Below, one piece after another: positions 28,759-39,934 of a stretch of DNA of 64,000 nucleotides. The translations under genes were made by a program, and so were the position numbers. This DNA is from Bacteroidota bacterium (GTDB lineage: Bacteria > Bacteroidota > Ignavibacteria > Palsa-1295). How positions within the stretch are numbered: position 1 is the first letter of the stretch; each line of letters starts with the position of its first letter. The notes under the pieces were generated by a model that saw only the letters and a program-made list of their open reading frames with translations, made no database searches and was not told the DNA's origin. The stretch is from assembly GCA_030706745.1 (NCBI GenBank), contig JAUZNX010000004.1:218152-282151 (forward strand), written 5' to 3'.

Positions 28759-31746
28759 ATGCCGGAGCCTCCCCACCCTGTTACAATCGAGAATCCGATC
28801 ATCAACTCGCCATACGTCGAGCCGAATCGGCACTTTAAGTTTGAAGATTACGGCATCACCGACACGATCGAGGATGGCCGTCGCACAAGCTCTTACTTCA
28901 TCCCAATCGCGAAGGCAAAGAAGAAGCAAGGATCGAAGCAGCTCATACTCGACACAGAGTGGACGCAAGACCGCATCGAAGAGAACAAACTGGTCAATGA
29001 CATTCGGCAGCGTGTTGCAATGTGGAGGAAGGGCGGATATGTTGGTGTCACGCCGGTTACGGCGCAACTGATCGAGTATTGGACTAACCCCGAGCGCGAT
29101 AAGAAATTATTCTTCTGCCAAAACGAGGCATTAGAGACCGCGATTTACATTGCTGAAGTTGCCAAGAAATTCAACGATGCATGGATAGAGAACCGGCTTC
29201 GCGAAGCGAACGACAGTTCTAATCCCGGACTGCCGAGAACGGCATTCAAGATGGCTACCGGTTCGGGTAAAACGGTGGTCATGGCGATGCTGATTGCCTG
29301 GCAAACGCTGAACAAGCGGGCCAATCCGCAAGACGCTCGCTTCTCCGACACGTTCCTGATCGTCACGCCGGGCATTACAATCCGCGACCGGCTGCGCGTG
29401 CTCATGCCGAACGATCCGGAGAATTACTATCGGCAGCGGGACATCATTCCCGCGCAAATGCAGGACTGGCTTGGGCAGGCGAAGATTCTCATTACGAACT
29501 TTCACGCTTTCCAACTCAAGGAAAAGATTGCGGCCGGTAAGATTACGAAGTCTATTCTCTCCGATGGCAAGCCGGGACTCTTTACCGAAACGCCAGACCA
29601 GATGGTGCGGCGGGTGTGCCGTGAGTTCGGAAACAAGAAGAACATCATCGTTCTGAACGATGAAGCGCACCACTGCTACCGGCGCAGGCCCGATGATGAG
29701 GATGAAGAGAAACTGACCGGGGACGACCGCACGGAAGCCAAGAGTCGCGAAGAAGAAGCTCGAATCTGGATTTCCGGCATCGAGGCGATTCAGGCGAAGA
29801 TCGGAGTAAAAGCGATTTACGATCTCTCCGCAACGCCGTTCTTCCTTCGCGGTTCGGGCTATCCCGAAGGCACGCTCTTCCCGTGGGTTGCCTCCGACTT
29901 CTCGCTCATCGACGCCATCGAGGCGGGAATCGTAAAAGTACCGCGCGTGCCGGTGGCCGATGACTCCATGACCGGCGATCAACCGACGTATCGCGATCTC
30001 TGGCTAAGGATTAGCAAGGACCTTCCGAAGAAAGGACGCAAAACCGAAGAGGCCGGAGCCGAGCCGAACCTTCCAGTTGAGCTGCAAGGAGCTTTGCATA
30101 GTCTCTACGGGAATTACGAGAAGTATTACCGGCTCTGGGAGCAGAACACGGAGGCTCGCGCACGAGGAATCACGCCGCCGGTCTTCATCGTGGTCTGCAA
30201 CAATACCAACGTTTCGAAATTAGTATTCGACTTTATCGCCGGTTGGGAAAAGAAGATTGGCGAAAAGAACATCGTGCAAGCTGGTCAGCTTGCGATATTC
30301 CGGAACGACGATGGCAATGGCGGCTGGCTTCAGAGGCCGAACACCATCCTTGTCGATAGCCATCAGCTTGAGTCTGGTGAATCCATGAGCGAGGAGTTCA
30401 AGAATATCGCTGCGCGCGAGATCGAGGAATTCAAAGCGGAATACCGGGTGCGATTTCCCGGGCGCGACGCCGAAAATCTGACCGACGAGGATTTGCTCCG
30501 CGAAGTGATGAACACCGTCGGCAAGGCCGGCAAATTGGGCGAGCACATCAAGTGCGTGGTGAGTGTATCCATGCTGACCGAAGGCTGGGACGCAAACACC
30601 GTAACGCACGTGCTTGGCGTTCGCGCGTTCGGCACGCAGCTACTTTGCGAGCAAGTGGTTGGGCGTGCGTTGCGGCGAATGAGTTACTTCCCGAATGACA
30701 AAGGCCACTTCAATCCCGAATATGCGGAGGTCTATGGCGTCCCGTTCTCATTCATTCCGACGAGCGGGGCGACGAAGGACCCGAAGCCGGGTCCGATCCC
30801 GACACGCGTGCGGGCACTCGAAGAGCGGTTGGGATGCGAGATCACATTCCCTCGTCTGCTCGGATACCGCTACGATCTGAGCGGTGAACAGCTTCACGCA
30901 ACGTTTAGCGAGGAATCACGGCTATCGCTTTCCACGGCTGACATTCCGACCATTACCGAGAATGCGCCAATCGTTGGAGAAACCAGCATTCACACACTGG
31001 AGGACCTACAGCGCCGCCGGCCAAACGAAGTCGCGTTCTTGCTTGCGAAGCTGACGCTCGAAAAATATTTCCGCGATGATGACGGAAACGGCAAACCCTG
31101 GCTCTTCCCGCAATTGCTCGCAATCACGAAACGATGGCTCGATGAGTGCGTGATCTGCAAGGACAACACCTTCCCTCAACTGCTGCTCCTCATCGAGTTC
31201 GCGCACGATGCCGCCGACCGAATCTACAAGGCCATCGTGGCTTCGAATGAAGGCACGGCAACGCTCAAGCCGATTCTGCGTCCATACGATACAATCGGTT
31301 CTACGAAGTATGTCGATTTCGACAGCACCAAACCAGTGTACCGGACGCGAGAAGACAAATGCCACATCTCACACGTGGTAGCGGATACGGATTCCTGGGA
31401 GCAGAAGATGGCGCAGTCGCTCGAAGACATGAAAGAAGTACGGCGCTACGTGAAGAATCAGAGTCTTGGTTTTACGATACCATATACGATCAATGGCGGA
31501 GGTCATGATTACAACCCGGACTTTATCGCATGTATTGATGATGGGCAGGACGATCTTCTGAACCTGATCGTCGAAGTGACAGGCGAAAAGAAGAAGGACA
31601 AACTTGCGAAAGTCTCCACAGCGAAGACGTTGTGGATTCCGGCGGTCAACAATCACGGCGGATTTGGCCGGTGGGCGTTTATCGAAATAGACGATCCCTG
31701 GAATGCGAAGAATACGATTCGAGAATTTTTGAAGAAACATGGCTAA
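28759..31746 (+). CDS. Type III restriction endonuclease Res subunit (BPTD_3080-like)
   Basis: MATGSGKT, NDEAHH, SATP, MLTEGWD, QVVGR.LRR, C-terminal PD..(x)..EV.G nuclease motif. Confidence 0.9.
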   Translation: MPEPPHPVTIENPIINSPYVEPNRHFKFEDYGITDTIEDGRRTSSYFIPIAKAKKKQGSKQLILDTEWTQDRIEENKLVNDIRQRVAMWRKGGYVGVTPVTAQLIEYWTNPERDKKLFFCQNEALETAIYIAEVAKKFNDAWIENRLREANDSSNPGLPRTAFKMATGSGKTVVMAMLIAWQTLNKRANPQDARFSDTFLIVTPGITIRDRLRVLMPNDPENYYRQRDIIPAQMQDWLGQAKILITNFHAFQLKEKIAAGKITKSILSDGKPGLFTETPDQMVRRVCREFGNKKNIIVLNDEAHHCYRRRPDDEDEEKLTGDDRTEAKSREEEARIWISGIEAIQAKIGVKAIYDLSATPFFLRGSGYPEGTLFPWVASDFSLIDAIEAGIVKVPRVPVADDSMTGDQPTYRDLWLRISKDLPKKGRKTEEAGAEPNLPVELQGALHSLYGNYEKYYRLWEQNTEARARGITPPVFIVVCNNTNVSKLVFDFIAGWEKKIGEKNIVQAGQLAIFRNDDGNGGWLQRPNTILVDSHQLESGESMSEEFKNIAAREIEEFKAEYRVRFPGRDAENLTDEDLLREVMNTVGKAGKLGEHIKCVVSVSMLTEGWDANTVTHVLGVRAFGTQLLCEQVVGRALRRMSYFPNDKGHFNPEYAEVYGVPFSFIPTSGATKDPKPGPIPTRVRALEERLGCEITFPRLLGYRYDLSGEQLHATFSEESRLSLSTADIPTITENAPIVGETSIHTLEDLQRRRPNEVAFLLAKLTLEKYFRDDDGNGKPWLFPQLLAITKRWLDECVICKDNTFPQLLLLIEFAHDAADRIYKAIVASNEGTATLKPILRPYDTIGSTKYVDFDSTKPVYRTREDKCHISHVVADTDSWEQKMAQSLEDMKEVRRYVKNQSLGFTIPYTINGGGHDYNPDFIACIDDGQDDLLNLIVEVTGEKKKDKLAKVSTAKTLWIPAVNNHGGFGRWAFIEIDDPWNAKNTIREFLKKHG

Positions 31747-34347
31747 GAAACCGACCACCCCCACAAAAGTCGAATCCATTCGGCACAAGGATAAACGGAC
31801 GAACATCCCGACCGAAGAGCTGCGCGATTTCGTCACCGAGGACGAGGTGGCGCCGAAGACCATGCTCTATCCGCGCGACCCATCGCTCGATCCGCAGCTC
31901 GTCTGGAAGGGCAAGGACGAACAGGACCAGCAAGACCTCGCCGTCCCGGTCGTGCCGATTTACATTCAGGAGAAGATCCATCCGCAAGCCATTATCGACG
32001 CGCTGCCACGCATCGAGCGGGCGGAAGACGCGCCGAACCTCTTCGGCGATTTCAACGGAGGGCCAAAAGACTTCGAGCAAAAAGTCGAGTTCTACCAGCA
32101 CGAGCAGAACTGGACCAACCGTATGATCTTAGGCGATTCGCTCCTCGTAATGACTTCGCTCGCCGAAAAAGAAGGACTGAAAGGGAAAGTCCAGACCATC
32201 TATCTCGATCCGCCGTATGGGATTAAGTTTGGCTCCAACTGGCAGGTGAGCACGCGCAAACGCGATGTGAAAGATGGAAGCGCCGCCGACGTAACACGAC
32301 AACCAGAGCAAATTCGCGCATTTCGAGATACATGGAAATATGAGATTCATTCCTATCTCGCATATCTTCGTGATCGGTTGGTGGCTTCACGTGAACTTCT
32401 CACGGAGACGGGTAGCGTTTTCGTACAAATTGGTGACGAGAATGTTCATCTCGTCCGTTGCGTACTCGATGAAGTATTCGGAAGTGAGAACTTCGTCGGT
32501 GAGATCGCCTTCACAAAGACAGGTGGCTTCGGCTCGGAGTACATAACGGGCGTATTTGATGTGATTCTGTTTTATGCTAAGAACCGAAGCACGCTTAAGT
32601 ATCGGAAGCTCTATGTCGCTAAATCGGATACAAGGAGCGGACTGAGCAATTATGGGTTGCTTCTATTGAAAGATGGTACAACGCGCAACCTGTCGAAGGA
32701 AGAGAAAGAAGATCCGTCAATTATCCCTGCGGGATCAAGATTGTTTGGAGTGCATGCGCTGACCAGCGGCGGCGGTACCACCCTGCACCAGCCATTTGAG
32801 TTCGAGGGCACTGTGTACAACCTTAAACCAGGAGACAACTGGAAAGCAAGTTATCCTGTAGGCCTTAATCGCCTAGTCCTTGCGCAGCGTGTTGCCTCAA
32901 CTGCCAAGCGAGTCGGCTATGTCAGATACTTCGACGATTTCCCCCATGTTGAAATCAATAATCTGTGGACAGACACGAGGGGTGAAATGGACATTTCTTA
33001 TGTGGTTCAGACGAGTACGAAGATATTGAGCGTTGCGTCCTCTTGACGACCGACCCCGGGGATCTCGTTCTCGACCCAACGTGCGGAAGCGGCACGACGG
33101 CTTATGTTGCGGAGCAATGGGGCCGGAGATGGATCACGTGCGATACGAGCCGCGTGGCGCTGGCGCTTGCCCGCACACGCATGATGGGGGCGAAATATCC
33201 CTATTATCTGCTTGCCGATTCACAGGAAGGAATTAAGAAAGAGTCCGAACTGACGGGTAAGATGCCGCCGGAATACAAGACGGACGGCGACATCCGGAAG
33301 GGCTTCGTCTATAAGCGTGTGCCGCATGTTACGCTTAAATCCATTGCGAATAATCCGGACATCAAGGACGGAATGACGCGCCAGCAAATAGACGCTGCGA
33401 TTGCTCGCCACGCCGACAGCGAAACGCTTTACGATCAGCCTTACGAGGACAACAAGCGGGTGCGCGTGTGCGGGCCGTTTTCGGTCGAGAGCCTTTCGCC
33501 GCACCGTGTGCTTTCGACCGCGGAGGACGATCAGTCCGGCACGATGTCGGAAGAAGAGGCGAAGAAAGAACAAGACTTCGGGCAGATGATCTTGGACAAT
33601 CTCCGCAAGGCCGGCGTGCAGAACACACACAAAGCCGAGCGGCTTACATTCGACCGTTTGGATACCTACGCCGGCGCTTGGATTCAGGCTGCGGGTGAAT
33701 ACACGGATGCCGATGGCAAGACGCGGCGCGTTGCCGTCTCGATCGGCCCGGAGCATGGGACCGTGGGGCCACAGCAAGTGAAGGAAGCCGCGAAGGAAGC
33801 GGTGCAGGGCGTTGGGTTCGACATGCTGATCGTCTGCGGCTTCGCGTTCGATCCGCACGTTGCCGAAGAGACGAAGCGGTACGGCAAGCTCGTCGTCTGG
33901 CCTGCAAAGATGAACCCCGATCTTGCGATGGGCGATGAGTTACTGAAGAAGACCGGCGCGGGAAATTTGTTTATGGTCTTCGGCGAGCCGGATGTCCAAA
34001 TCACAAAGCAGAAGGACGGAAAGCTTGTTGCGGAGATCAAAGGCGTGGACGTGTACGACCCGACGACCGGGGCGATCCGCAACTCCTCGACGGACGACAT
34101 TGCGTGCTGGTTCATCGACACGGATTACAATGGCGAGAGCTTCTTCGTCCGCCACGCCTATTTCACCGGCGCGGAAGAACCCTACGATAAGCTGAAGCGC
34201 GCACTCCGCGCGGACATAGATGAATCGGCCTGGAGCACGCTCTACAGCACCACGAGCCGCCCATTCCCAAAACCGGAAACCGGAAAGATCGCCGTGAAGG
34301 TGATCAACCATTATGGGGATGAGGTGCTGAAAGTATTTCCAGTTTAG
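31739..34347 (+). pseudogene. Type III R-M Mod DNA methyltransferase split by a 1-nt frameshift at about 33023
   Basis: DPPY in ORF 31739-33046; DPTCGSGTT in ORF 33043-34347; YVVQTSTK|IERCVLLTTDPG joins across frames. Confidence 0.85.
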
Positions 34348-34636
34348 CCATCAAAAAAAACTTCGTGAATTCTTTGATGGGCACCTTGCGCGCGGGGTGA
34401 GGAATGTTGTATGTTGTTCAGCAAGTGATAGGCACCAAGCTGGGGGAAAAGGATGAAGGATGAAGGCGGAGCAGGCCAGTTAGCTCATTGACAACTTAGG
34501 CGATTTCACGCAAATGGAGAGGGCGTTCATTAAATGACAATTCAAAAGAGAGAAAATCGCTTCAAGGAGAAAGAAGCGATGAATGCATTCTGGCGGAGGC
34601 ACACTCCGTGAACTTCAAACGAACGGAGGCTGAAAA

Positions 34637-35200
34637 CTATTGGAGCGCCTTCTCGATCCTCGCGGTCACATCCTCGACCGGCCCGAGTCCATCGACCGGC
34701 AGGACTTTGCGCTTCGTTTGGTAGTAGGTCTTGACCGGCTCGGTCTGGGTGTTATAGACATCGAGGCGGTGTCGAATGGTCTCGGGGGTGTCGTCCTTGC
34801 GTCCTTGTTCGAGTCCGCGATTGACCATGCGGTTGATCAGCTCCTGGTCCGGCGCGGTGAGAATGACGATGCGGACATCGGCGATGCCGAGTTCGGTGAA
34901 GAGATTATCGAGCGCGCGGGCCTGCTCAACGGTGCGTGGGAATCCATCGAGCAGGAATCCTCTGGACTTCTCGCGATTGGCTTCGAGGACTTCGCGGACG
35001 AGTCCGATGATAATATCATCGGGCACGAGCGCGCCTTTTTCGACGAAGCTTTTGGCTGTCCGGCCAAGAGCGGAGCCTTCAGCGATGGCGCTGCGAAGAA
35101 TATCGCCGGTGGAGATGTGGACGAGGTTATGGCTGGCGGCAAGTCGCGAGGCTTGTGTGCCTTTGCCGGCGCCCGGAGGACCAAAGAGAATGATATTCAT
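34637..35200 (-). CDS. adk: Adenylate kinase (short LID)
   Basis: GPPGAGKGTQA, HISTGDILR, LVPD, LDGFPR, GRKDD; start MNIILFG. Confidence 0.96.
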   Translation of the reverse strand: MNIILFGPPGAGKGTQASRLAASHNLVHISTGDILRSAIAEGSALGRTAKSFVEKGALVPDDIIIGLVREVLEANREKSRGFLLDGFPRTVEQARALDNLFTELGIADVRIVILTAPDQELINRMVNRGLEQGRKDDTPETIRHRLDVYNTQTEPVKTYYQTKRKVLPVDGLGPVEDVTARIEKALQ

Positions 35201-35212
35201 GGGGTCGATAAC

Positions 35213-35284
35213 AGAGGGCATAGGGTATAGGGTTTAGGCTATGAAAGCAAAATAATACCCTAAACCCTCTACCCTATACCCTAT
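35213..35284. repeat. Inverted heptamer arrays (TAGGGTA / TACCCTA) between divergent genes
   Basis: agagggcatagggtatagggtttagg ... taccctaaacccctctaccctataccctat. Confidence 0.75.
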
Positions 35285-35295
35285 GTTACGATACA

Positions 35296-36408
35296 ATGCG
35301 TCTCTTATCTACGGCCTTCATCGTAGGGTCCCTGTTCCTCTCCGGTCTGGTTTCTGCGCAACCAAAACCGGTTGCGAGCAAGGACACCCTGAATTTCGGT
35401 CCGGTCGTGCTGCGCGATTCGAAAGTGCTTTTTCTATCGGTCCGAAATACCGGGAGCGTATCCATCGCATACGGTGGATTTGTCGGACCATTCGGCGCTG
35501 ATTTTAGAATGACGCCTGTCAGCTATAAGCCAGTGCTCGATCCGGATAGTGCCATCGGATTCAACGTGACCTTCTCACCCCAGACGATCACAGCGAATCA
35601 TATCCATCGGGACTCCGTCGAGTTTCAGTTTAGCGGTCTGCCGAATATCGTCGTGCAACTGGTTGGCGAGGATCACGTCCCAATAATGGATACGGTGGCG
35701 ATTGACGATACATTTCTTGGCTTTGCGGGTCAGATCATCCGGATTCCACAACGTCTAGTTGGATCACTCGCCGGAGCACTCGACTCGATCTATGGCTTTA
35801 GCGAACTGGTGACCTACGATCCGCAAGTTCTGGCATTCCAGCGAGTGTTTCCGGGGGCATGTCTCAAGGGATGGCAAGTTGCTGCGTATCAAACCATACT
35901 CGGTCAGGTCCCTATCCGAGGTAATTCCGGCGGAACGGGGATGATCGGTCCGGGAGAGTTCATCACTCTGCAATTTCAAGTCATCTCTACAGCGAAGACA
36001 TTTCAATGGACTTCGATTCGGCAAGATAGCCTCGTCTTTGGTCTTGGCTTCGAACCATTGATGTCGAGCGATCCTGGGAAAGCGACCGTGATCGATTCGT
36101 GCACGAGCGTCACCGGTTCTGCCCATGCTCCGGGAACGATGATTATGCAGAATGTTCCGAATCCATTTTTCTCGGAGACGACCTTTACGTTTCAGGTTGG
36201 TTCTATGCCTGGCGAGACTGGAAGTCATGTCAGTATTCGGCTATATGACTCGCGGGGTCAGTTGGTCGCAAACCCGGTGGATCAGGATTGCCCGATGGGT
36301 ACGCATACCGCCACAATGCCGCGCGGTAATCTTTCGGCGGGGGTCTACACGTGTGTCTTTGAGGCGGGTTCGTATCGGACTATCCGAAAAGTCGTCGTTA
36401 TGCCGTAG
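35296..36408 (+). CDS. T9SS cargo with Ig-like and cohesin-like domains
   Basis: Signal peptide; LNFG.V...VRNTG; YDP.VL.F...LQFQV; CTD NVPNPF...LYD..G...LSAGVY. Confidence 0.75.
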   Translation: MRLLSTAFIVGSLFLSGLVSAQPKPVASKDTLNFGPVVLRDSKVLFLSVRNTGSVSIAYGGFVGPFGADFRMTPVSYKPVLDPDSAIGFNVTFSPQTITANHIHRDSVEFQFSGLPNIVVQLVGEDHVPIMDTVAIDDTFLGFAGQIIRIPQRLVGSLAGALDSIYGFSELVTYDPQVLAFQRVFPGACLKGWQVAAYQTILGQVPIRGNSGGTGMIGPGEFITLQFQVISTAKTFQWTSIRQDSLVFGLGFEPLMSSDPGKATVIDSCTSVTGSAHAPGTMIMQNVPNPFFSETTFTFQVGSMPGETGSHVSIRLYDSRGQLVANPVDQDCPMGTHTATMPRGNLSAGVYTCVFEAGSYRTIRKVVVMP

Positions 36409-36512
36409 TCGGGCCGTCAAGCCCGGCATTCGAAACCGATAATGACGGTTGCGAGTTGGTAATAACGATGCCTCTCACTGGTCGCACAATGTTTGCAGGA
36501 GTACGTTCGCGA

Positions 36513-38456
36513 ATGTCGCTTCGCTCACTTTTTTCTATTTGTATTTACGCCGTGATGCTCATCACGGTTTCCTCACTGCGCGCACAAATTCCGGATGATG
36601 ACCGGCAAGCGCCGCCACTCAGTCCGCAGGAATATGCGCAGAAGCTACGTTTAGCTGAGGTCTATGAAGAGACCCATGATGTACAAAATGCAGCGCGCGT
36701 TTACGAGGAGTTATATCATACAAATCCTTCGGACCAGATCGTGTTCGAAGGCTTGACGCGCTGCCTCGTCTATCTCAAGAAGTTCGATGAAGCAGAGAAG
36801 ATCGTTTCTTACCGGCTTGCGAAGGATGGCTCATCCGATGTGCTGCTGCTCTGGGCGCGGCTCGAAGCACGATTGAACAAGCGCACTGAAGCGCTCGATG
36901 CATTTCATAAGGCAGAGGAGGCAATGCACGCGACCGATTGTAGTCAGCTATTTCCGATTGTCTATGCCATGATGGATGTCTCCTACAATCAGGAGGCGAT
37001 GCAAGTGCTCGATCGAATGCGAAAGCTTGCGACCAACGATGCAGAGGTATGTTCAAGCCAGATTGCCGGACTCTATCTCCGATTAGGGGATTTCGATCGC
37101 GCGGCGACCGAGTTTGTCGGAATTCTGAAAGGGGGAGAGGCGAACCTCGGGATGGTTGAGCAGCGGCTCGCAGAATATACCACCGACTCGATGTCGCGCA
37201 CGGCAGTGTTGGGCTCGCTCGAGCGCGCAATTCACGCGGCGAGCTCGGATGGCGAGCCAGCGGTTGCCAATCTCCGCCTGCTCTCCTGGCTATATCAGGA
37301 GAAGAAGGATTACGCGAAGGCGCTTCAAACGATGACCCAACTGGATGGCCTCGCAGCCAACGCAGGCTCCGACCATACAATGCAAGGATTTGAACTCCTG
37401 CAATTTGCTGATCGGGTTCGGAACGAGGGTGCTCTGGACGTTGCCGTTAAGGCGTATCGAGAAGCGCTGAAGCGGCTCGAATCCAGCAGCAGTGCCCGGA
37501 ATAATTACTTCATCCAGCAGGCTCAGTTGGGGTCATTGAAGACGGAGGATGCCTATTACTCTATGCTTGGCTCCCCAAAGGATTCCATGCGGACGCTCAT
37601 CATTGGCTACGAGGACTTTGCTGCAAAACCCGCAGCGGGCGGTATGACCGAACTGGCGCTCGATGCGCTGACACATGCCGGACAGATTGCTTTCCATGTT
37701 CTATTCGATCTGGACCGCGCAACGAAGGATTATGAGTCGGCGATTACGCTCTCTCATGGCGTGAGCGAGCCGATGCAGCGGGCGGCATTTGGTCTTGTGG
37801 ATATCGCATTCGCGAAACAGGAGTTTCCGCTCGCCGAGCGCCGGTTGCAGACGATCGAGCATGCGCTGGCCCAACGTGCGACACCATCGGACAAAGAAGT
37901 GCGGAATCACATTTTGTATGACCGCGCGCTTTCCAATTACTATCAGGACAATTTCGATACATCACTGGCACAAGCGCAATCCGTCGCGAACGATGCCGGA
38001 AGCGATTTCGCGAATGATGCGATTCAGCTTTCGGGATTGATCGAGGAGAATGTTAATCCGGCGAACCGCCCGGCTCTAGCTGCTTATGCGAAGGCTGCTC
38101 TTGCAGAGGTCAGCCGGCGTTACGATACGGCTCAACTCGGTTATGCGAGTGTTGCGCAGCTATTTCCAAGTTCTCCCCTGGCCGATGATGCCACGATCCG
38201 ATCCGCCGAGGTACTCGTGAAGTTAGGGAAAGCACAGGAAGCGGTTGGGGTGCTCGATACGATGCAAGAGACGATGCTGAAGAGTCCGCTACTCGATGTC
38301 GCCGCATTTCGCGCTGCCGAAATCACCGAAAAAGATTTACATGACAAAGCGCACGCGCAAAAACGATACGAAGATTTTCTCGCGCGCTATCCTTCTTCGA
38401 CGTTTACCGAAACCGCCAGAGAGCGAGCCCGCAAGTTGCGAGGTGATGCATTCTGA
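36513..38456 (+). CDS. Secreted TPR-repeat protein
   Basis: Signal peptide, many helical repeats, C-terminal YE.FL.RYP.S...ARER.RKLRG. Confidence 0.8.
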   Translation: MSLRSLFSICIYAVMLITVSSLRAQIPDDDRQAPPLSPQEYAQKLRLAEVYEETHDVQNAARVYEELYHTNPSDQIVFEGLTRCLVYLKKFDEAEKIVSYRLAKDGSSDVLLLWARLEARLNKRTEALDAFHKAEEAMHATDCSQLFPIVYAMMDVSYNQEAMQVLDRMRKLATNDAEVCSSQIAGLYLRLGDFDRAATEFVGILKGGEANLGMVEQRLAEYTTDSMSRTAVLGSLERAIHAASSDGEPAVANLRLLSWLYQEKKDYAKALQTMTQLDGLAANAGSDHTMQGFELLQFADRVRNEGALDVAVKAYREALKRLESSSSARNNYFIQQAQLGSLKTEDAYYSMLGSPKDSMRTLIIGYEDFAAKPAAGGMTELALDALTHAGQIAFHVLFDLDRATKDYESAITLSHGVSEPMQRAAFGLVDIAFAKQEFPLAERRLQTIEHALAQRATPSDKEVRNHILYDRALSNYYQDNFDTSLAQAQSVANDAGSDFANDAIQLSGLIEENVNPANRPALAAYAKAALAEVSRRYDTAQLGYASVAQLFPSSPLADDATIRSAEVLVKLGKAQEAVGVLDTMQETMLKSPLLDVAAFRAAEITEKDLHDKAHAQKRYEDFLARYPSSTFTETARERARKLRGDAF

Positions 38457-38527
38457 ACCGTGAGTTATACGGATGATGCGAATTCCGCGGATTGATTGTA
38501 CGGATTGTATTGCTTCCGCTTGAGACT

Positions 38528-39880
38528 ATGAGCAAGATTCCGAAAATCTATCCTGAACATCTGCCTTCGCATAACCCCGGTTCGTTCTCCCCGTTGGCCG
38601 AGCGGCTACGTCCGCAAACATTAGAGGAGGTTGTTGGTCAACGATCGCTGCTTGGTCCCGGTAAGCCGCTTCGTGTCATGGCCGAGCGGGGCAAACTGCA
38701 CTCGATGGTCCTGTGGGGTCCGCCCGGAACTGGCAAGACAACGATCGCCAACATACTCGCTCGGACCGCTCGCGCGCCATTTTTTTCGCTGTCGGCGATC
38801 AGCGCCGGCGTCAAGGATTTACGGGAAGCCATCGAGTTGGCGCGTGAAGCCAACCGTACTTCCGAGGAGCGAAGCGTGCTGTTCATCGATGAAGTCCACC
38901 GCTTCTCGAAATCGCAACAAGACGCGCTGCTGGGTGCCGTCGAACATGGCGATGTGACACTCATCGGCGCCACGACGGAAAATCCATCGTTTGAAGTGAT
39001 CTCGCCGCTCCTAAGCCGTGCGCGCGTCTTTGTACTCGAAAGCCTTTCGCGCGAAGACCTCGAAACACTGCTCGAACGCGCATTGAAAGAAGACGAAGAA
39101 CTTCGCGAGTTGCATCTTGAACTTGGCGAGGACGCTCGCCGCACGCTGATGGTACTCTCCGGCGGCGATGCACGCAAAATGCTGAATGCACTTGAGCTTG
39201 CGGTTCAATTAGCGCCCCCGCCTTTTGAAGGCGGCGGCACGGGGGTGGTTTCCGCCGAATCCATTGAAGCCGCTGTTGGACGCAAGGCATCGCGCTATGA
39301 CAAAGCCGGCGAAGAACATTACAATATCATTAGCGCCTTTATCAAGTCGATGCGCGGCAGCGATCCGAACGCCGCGCTCTACTGGCTGGCGCGTATGATC
39401 GAGTCGGGCGAAGATCCGGAGTTCATCGCGCGCCGCATGATTATCTTTGCGAGCGAAGACATCGGGAATGCCGACCCGAACGCGCTCTTGCTCGCGACCG
39501 CATGTTGGGATGCCGTTCGAGCTGTTGGATTTCCCGAGGCGACGATTATCTTTGGACACGTCGTGGCATATCTTGCGTCGGCCGTGAAATCCAACGCGAC
39601 ATATATGGGTATTTCTGCCGCGCTGGATGACGCGAAAAACAATCCTGATCAGCCTGTACCGTTGCATCTCCGCAATGCGCCGACAAAGCTGATGAAAGAA
39701 CTCGGCTACCATGCAGGCTACCGCTACGCGCATTCCGAAGAAGGACATTTCGCGCGCGGAATGACGTATTTGCCCGAAGGCTACGAAGATAAGGTATACT
39801 ACAAACCGACCGAGCAAGGCCGCGAGAAGACGATTCTCGATCGGCTCAAGGCATTATGGCCAGGGAAGTACAAAGTCTGA
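38528..39880 (+). CDS. rarA: Replication-associated recombination protein A (RarA/MgsA)
   Basis: PLAERLRP, GPPGTGKTT, FIDEVHRF.K.QQD, GATTENPSF, ISAFIKSMRGSD, VPLHLRNAPT. Confidence 0.95.
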   Translation: MSKIPKIYPEHLPSHNPGSFSPLAERLRPQTLEEVVGQRSLLGPGKPLRVMAERGKLHSMVLWGPPGTGKTTIANILARTARAPFFSLSAISAGVKDLREAIELAREANRTSEERSVLFIDEVHRFSKSQQDALLGAVEHGDVTLIGATTENPSFEVISPLLSRARVFVLESLSREDLETLLERALKEDEELRELHLELGEDARRTLMVLSGGDARKMLNALELAVQLAPPPFEGGGTGVVSAESIEAAVGRKASRYDKAGEEHYNIISAFIKSMRGSDPNAALYWLARMIESGEDPEFIARRMIIFASEDIGNADPNALLLATACWDAVRAVGFPEATIIFGHVVAYLASAVKSNATYMGISAALDDAKNNPDQPVPLHLRNAPTKLMKELGYHAGYRYAHSEEGHFARGMTYLPEGYEDKVYYKPTEQGREKTILDRLKALWPGKYKV

Positions 39881-39933
39881 ACCCGGATTCCATTAGTGAA
39901 ATCAGAAAAACAGGCGTAATCTCGGGTTCAGAC
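39875..39933. repeat. Inverted repeat between convergent genes
   Basis: gtctgaacccggatt ... aatctcgggttcagac. Confidence 0.6.
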
Positions 39934-39934
39934 A

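Noticed and set aside
33015-33035. Programmed ribosomal frameshift or SSR phase variation in mod
   Set aside because: No slippery heptamer, homopolymer or tandem repeat at the break
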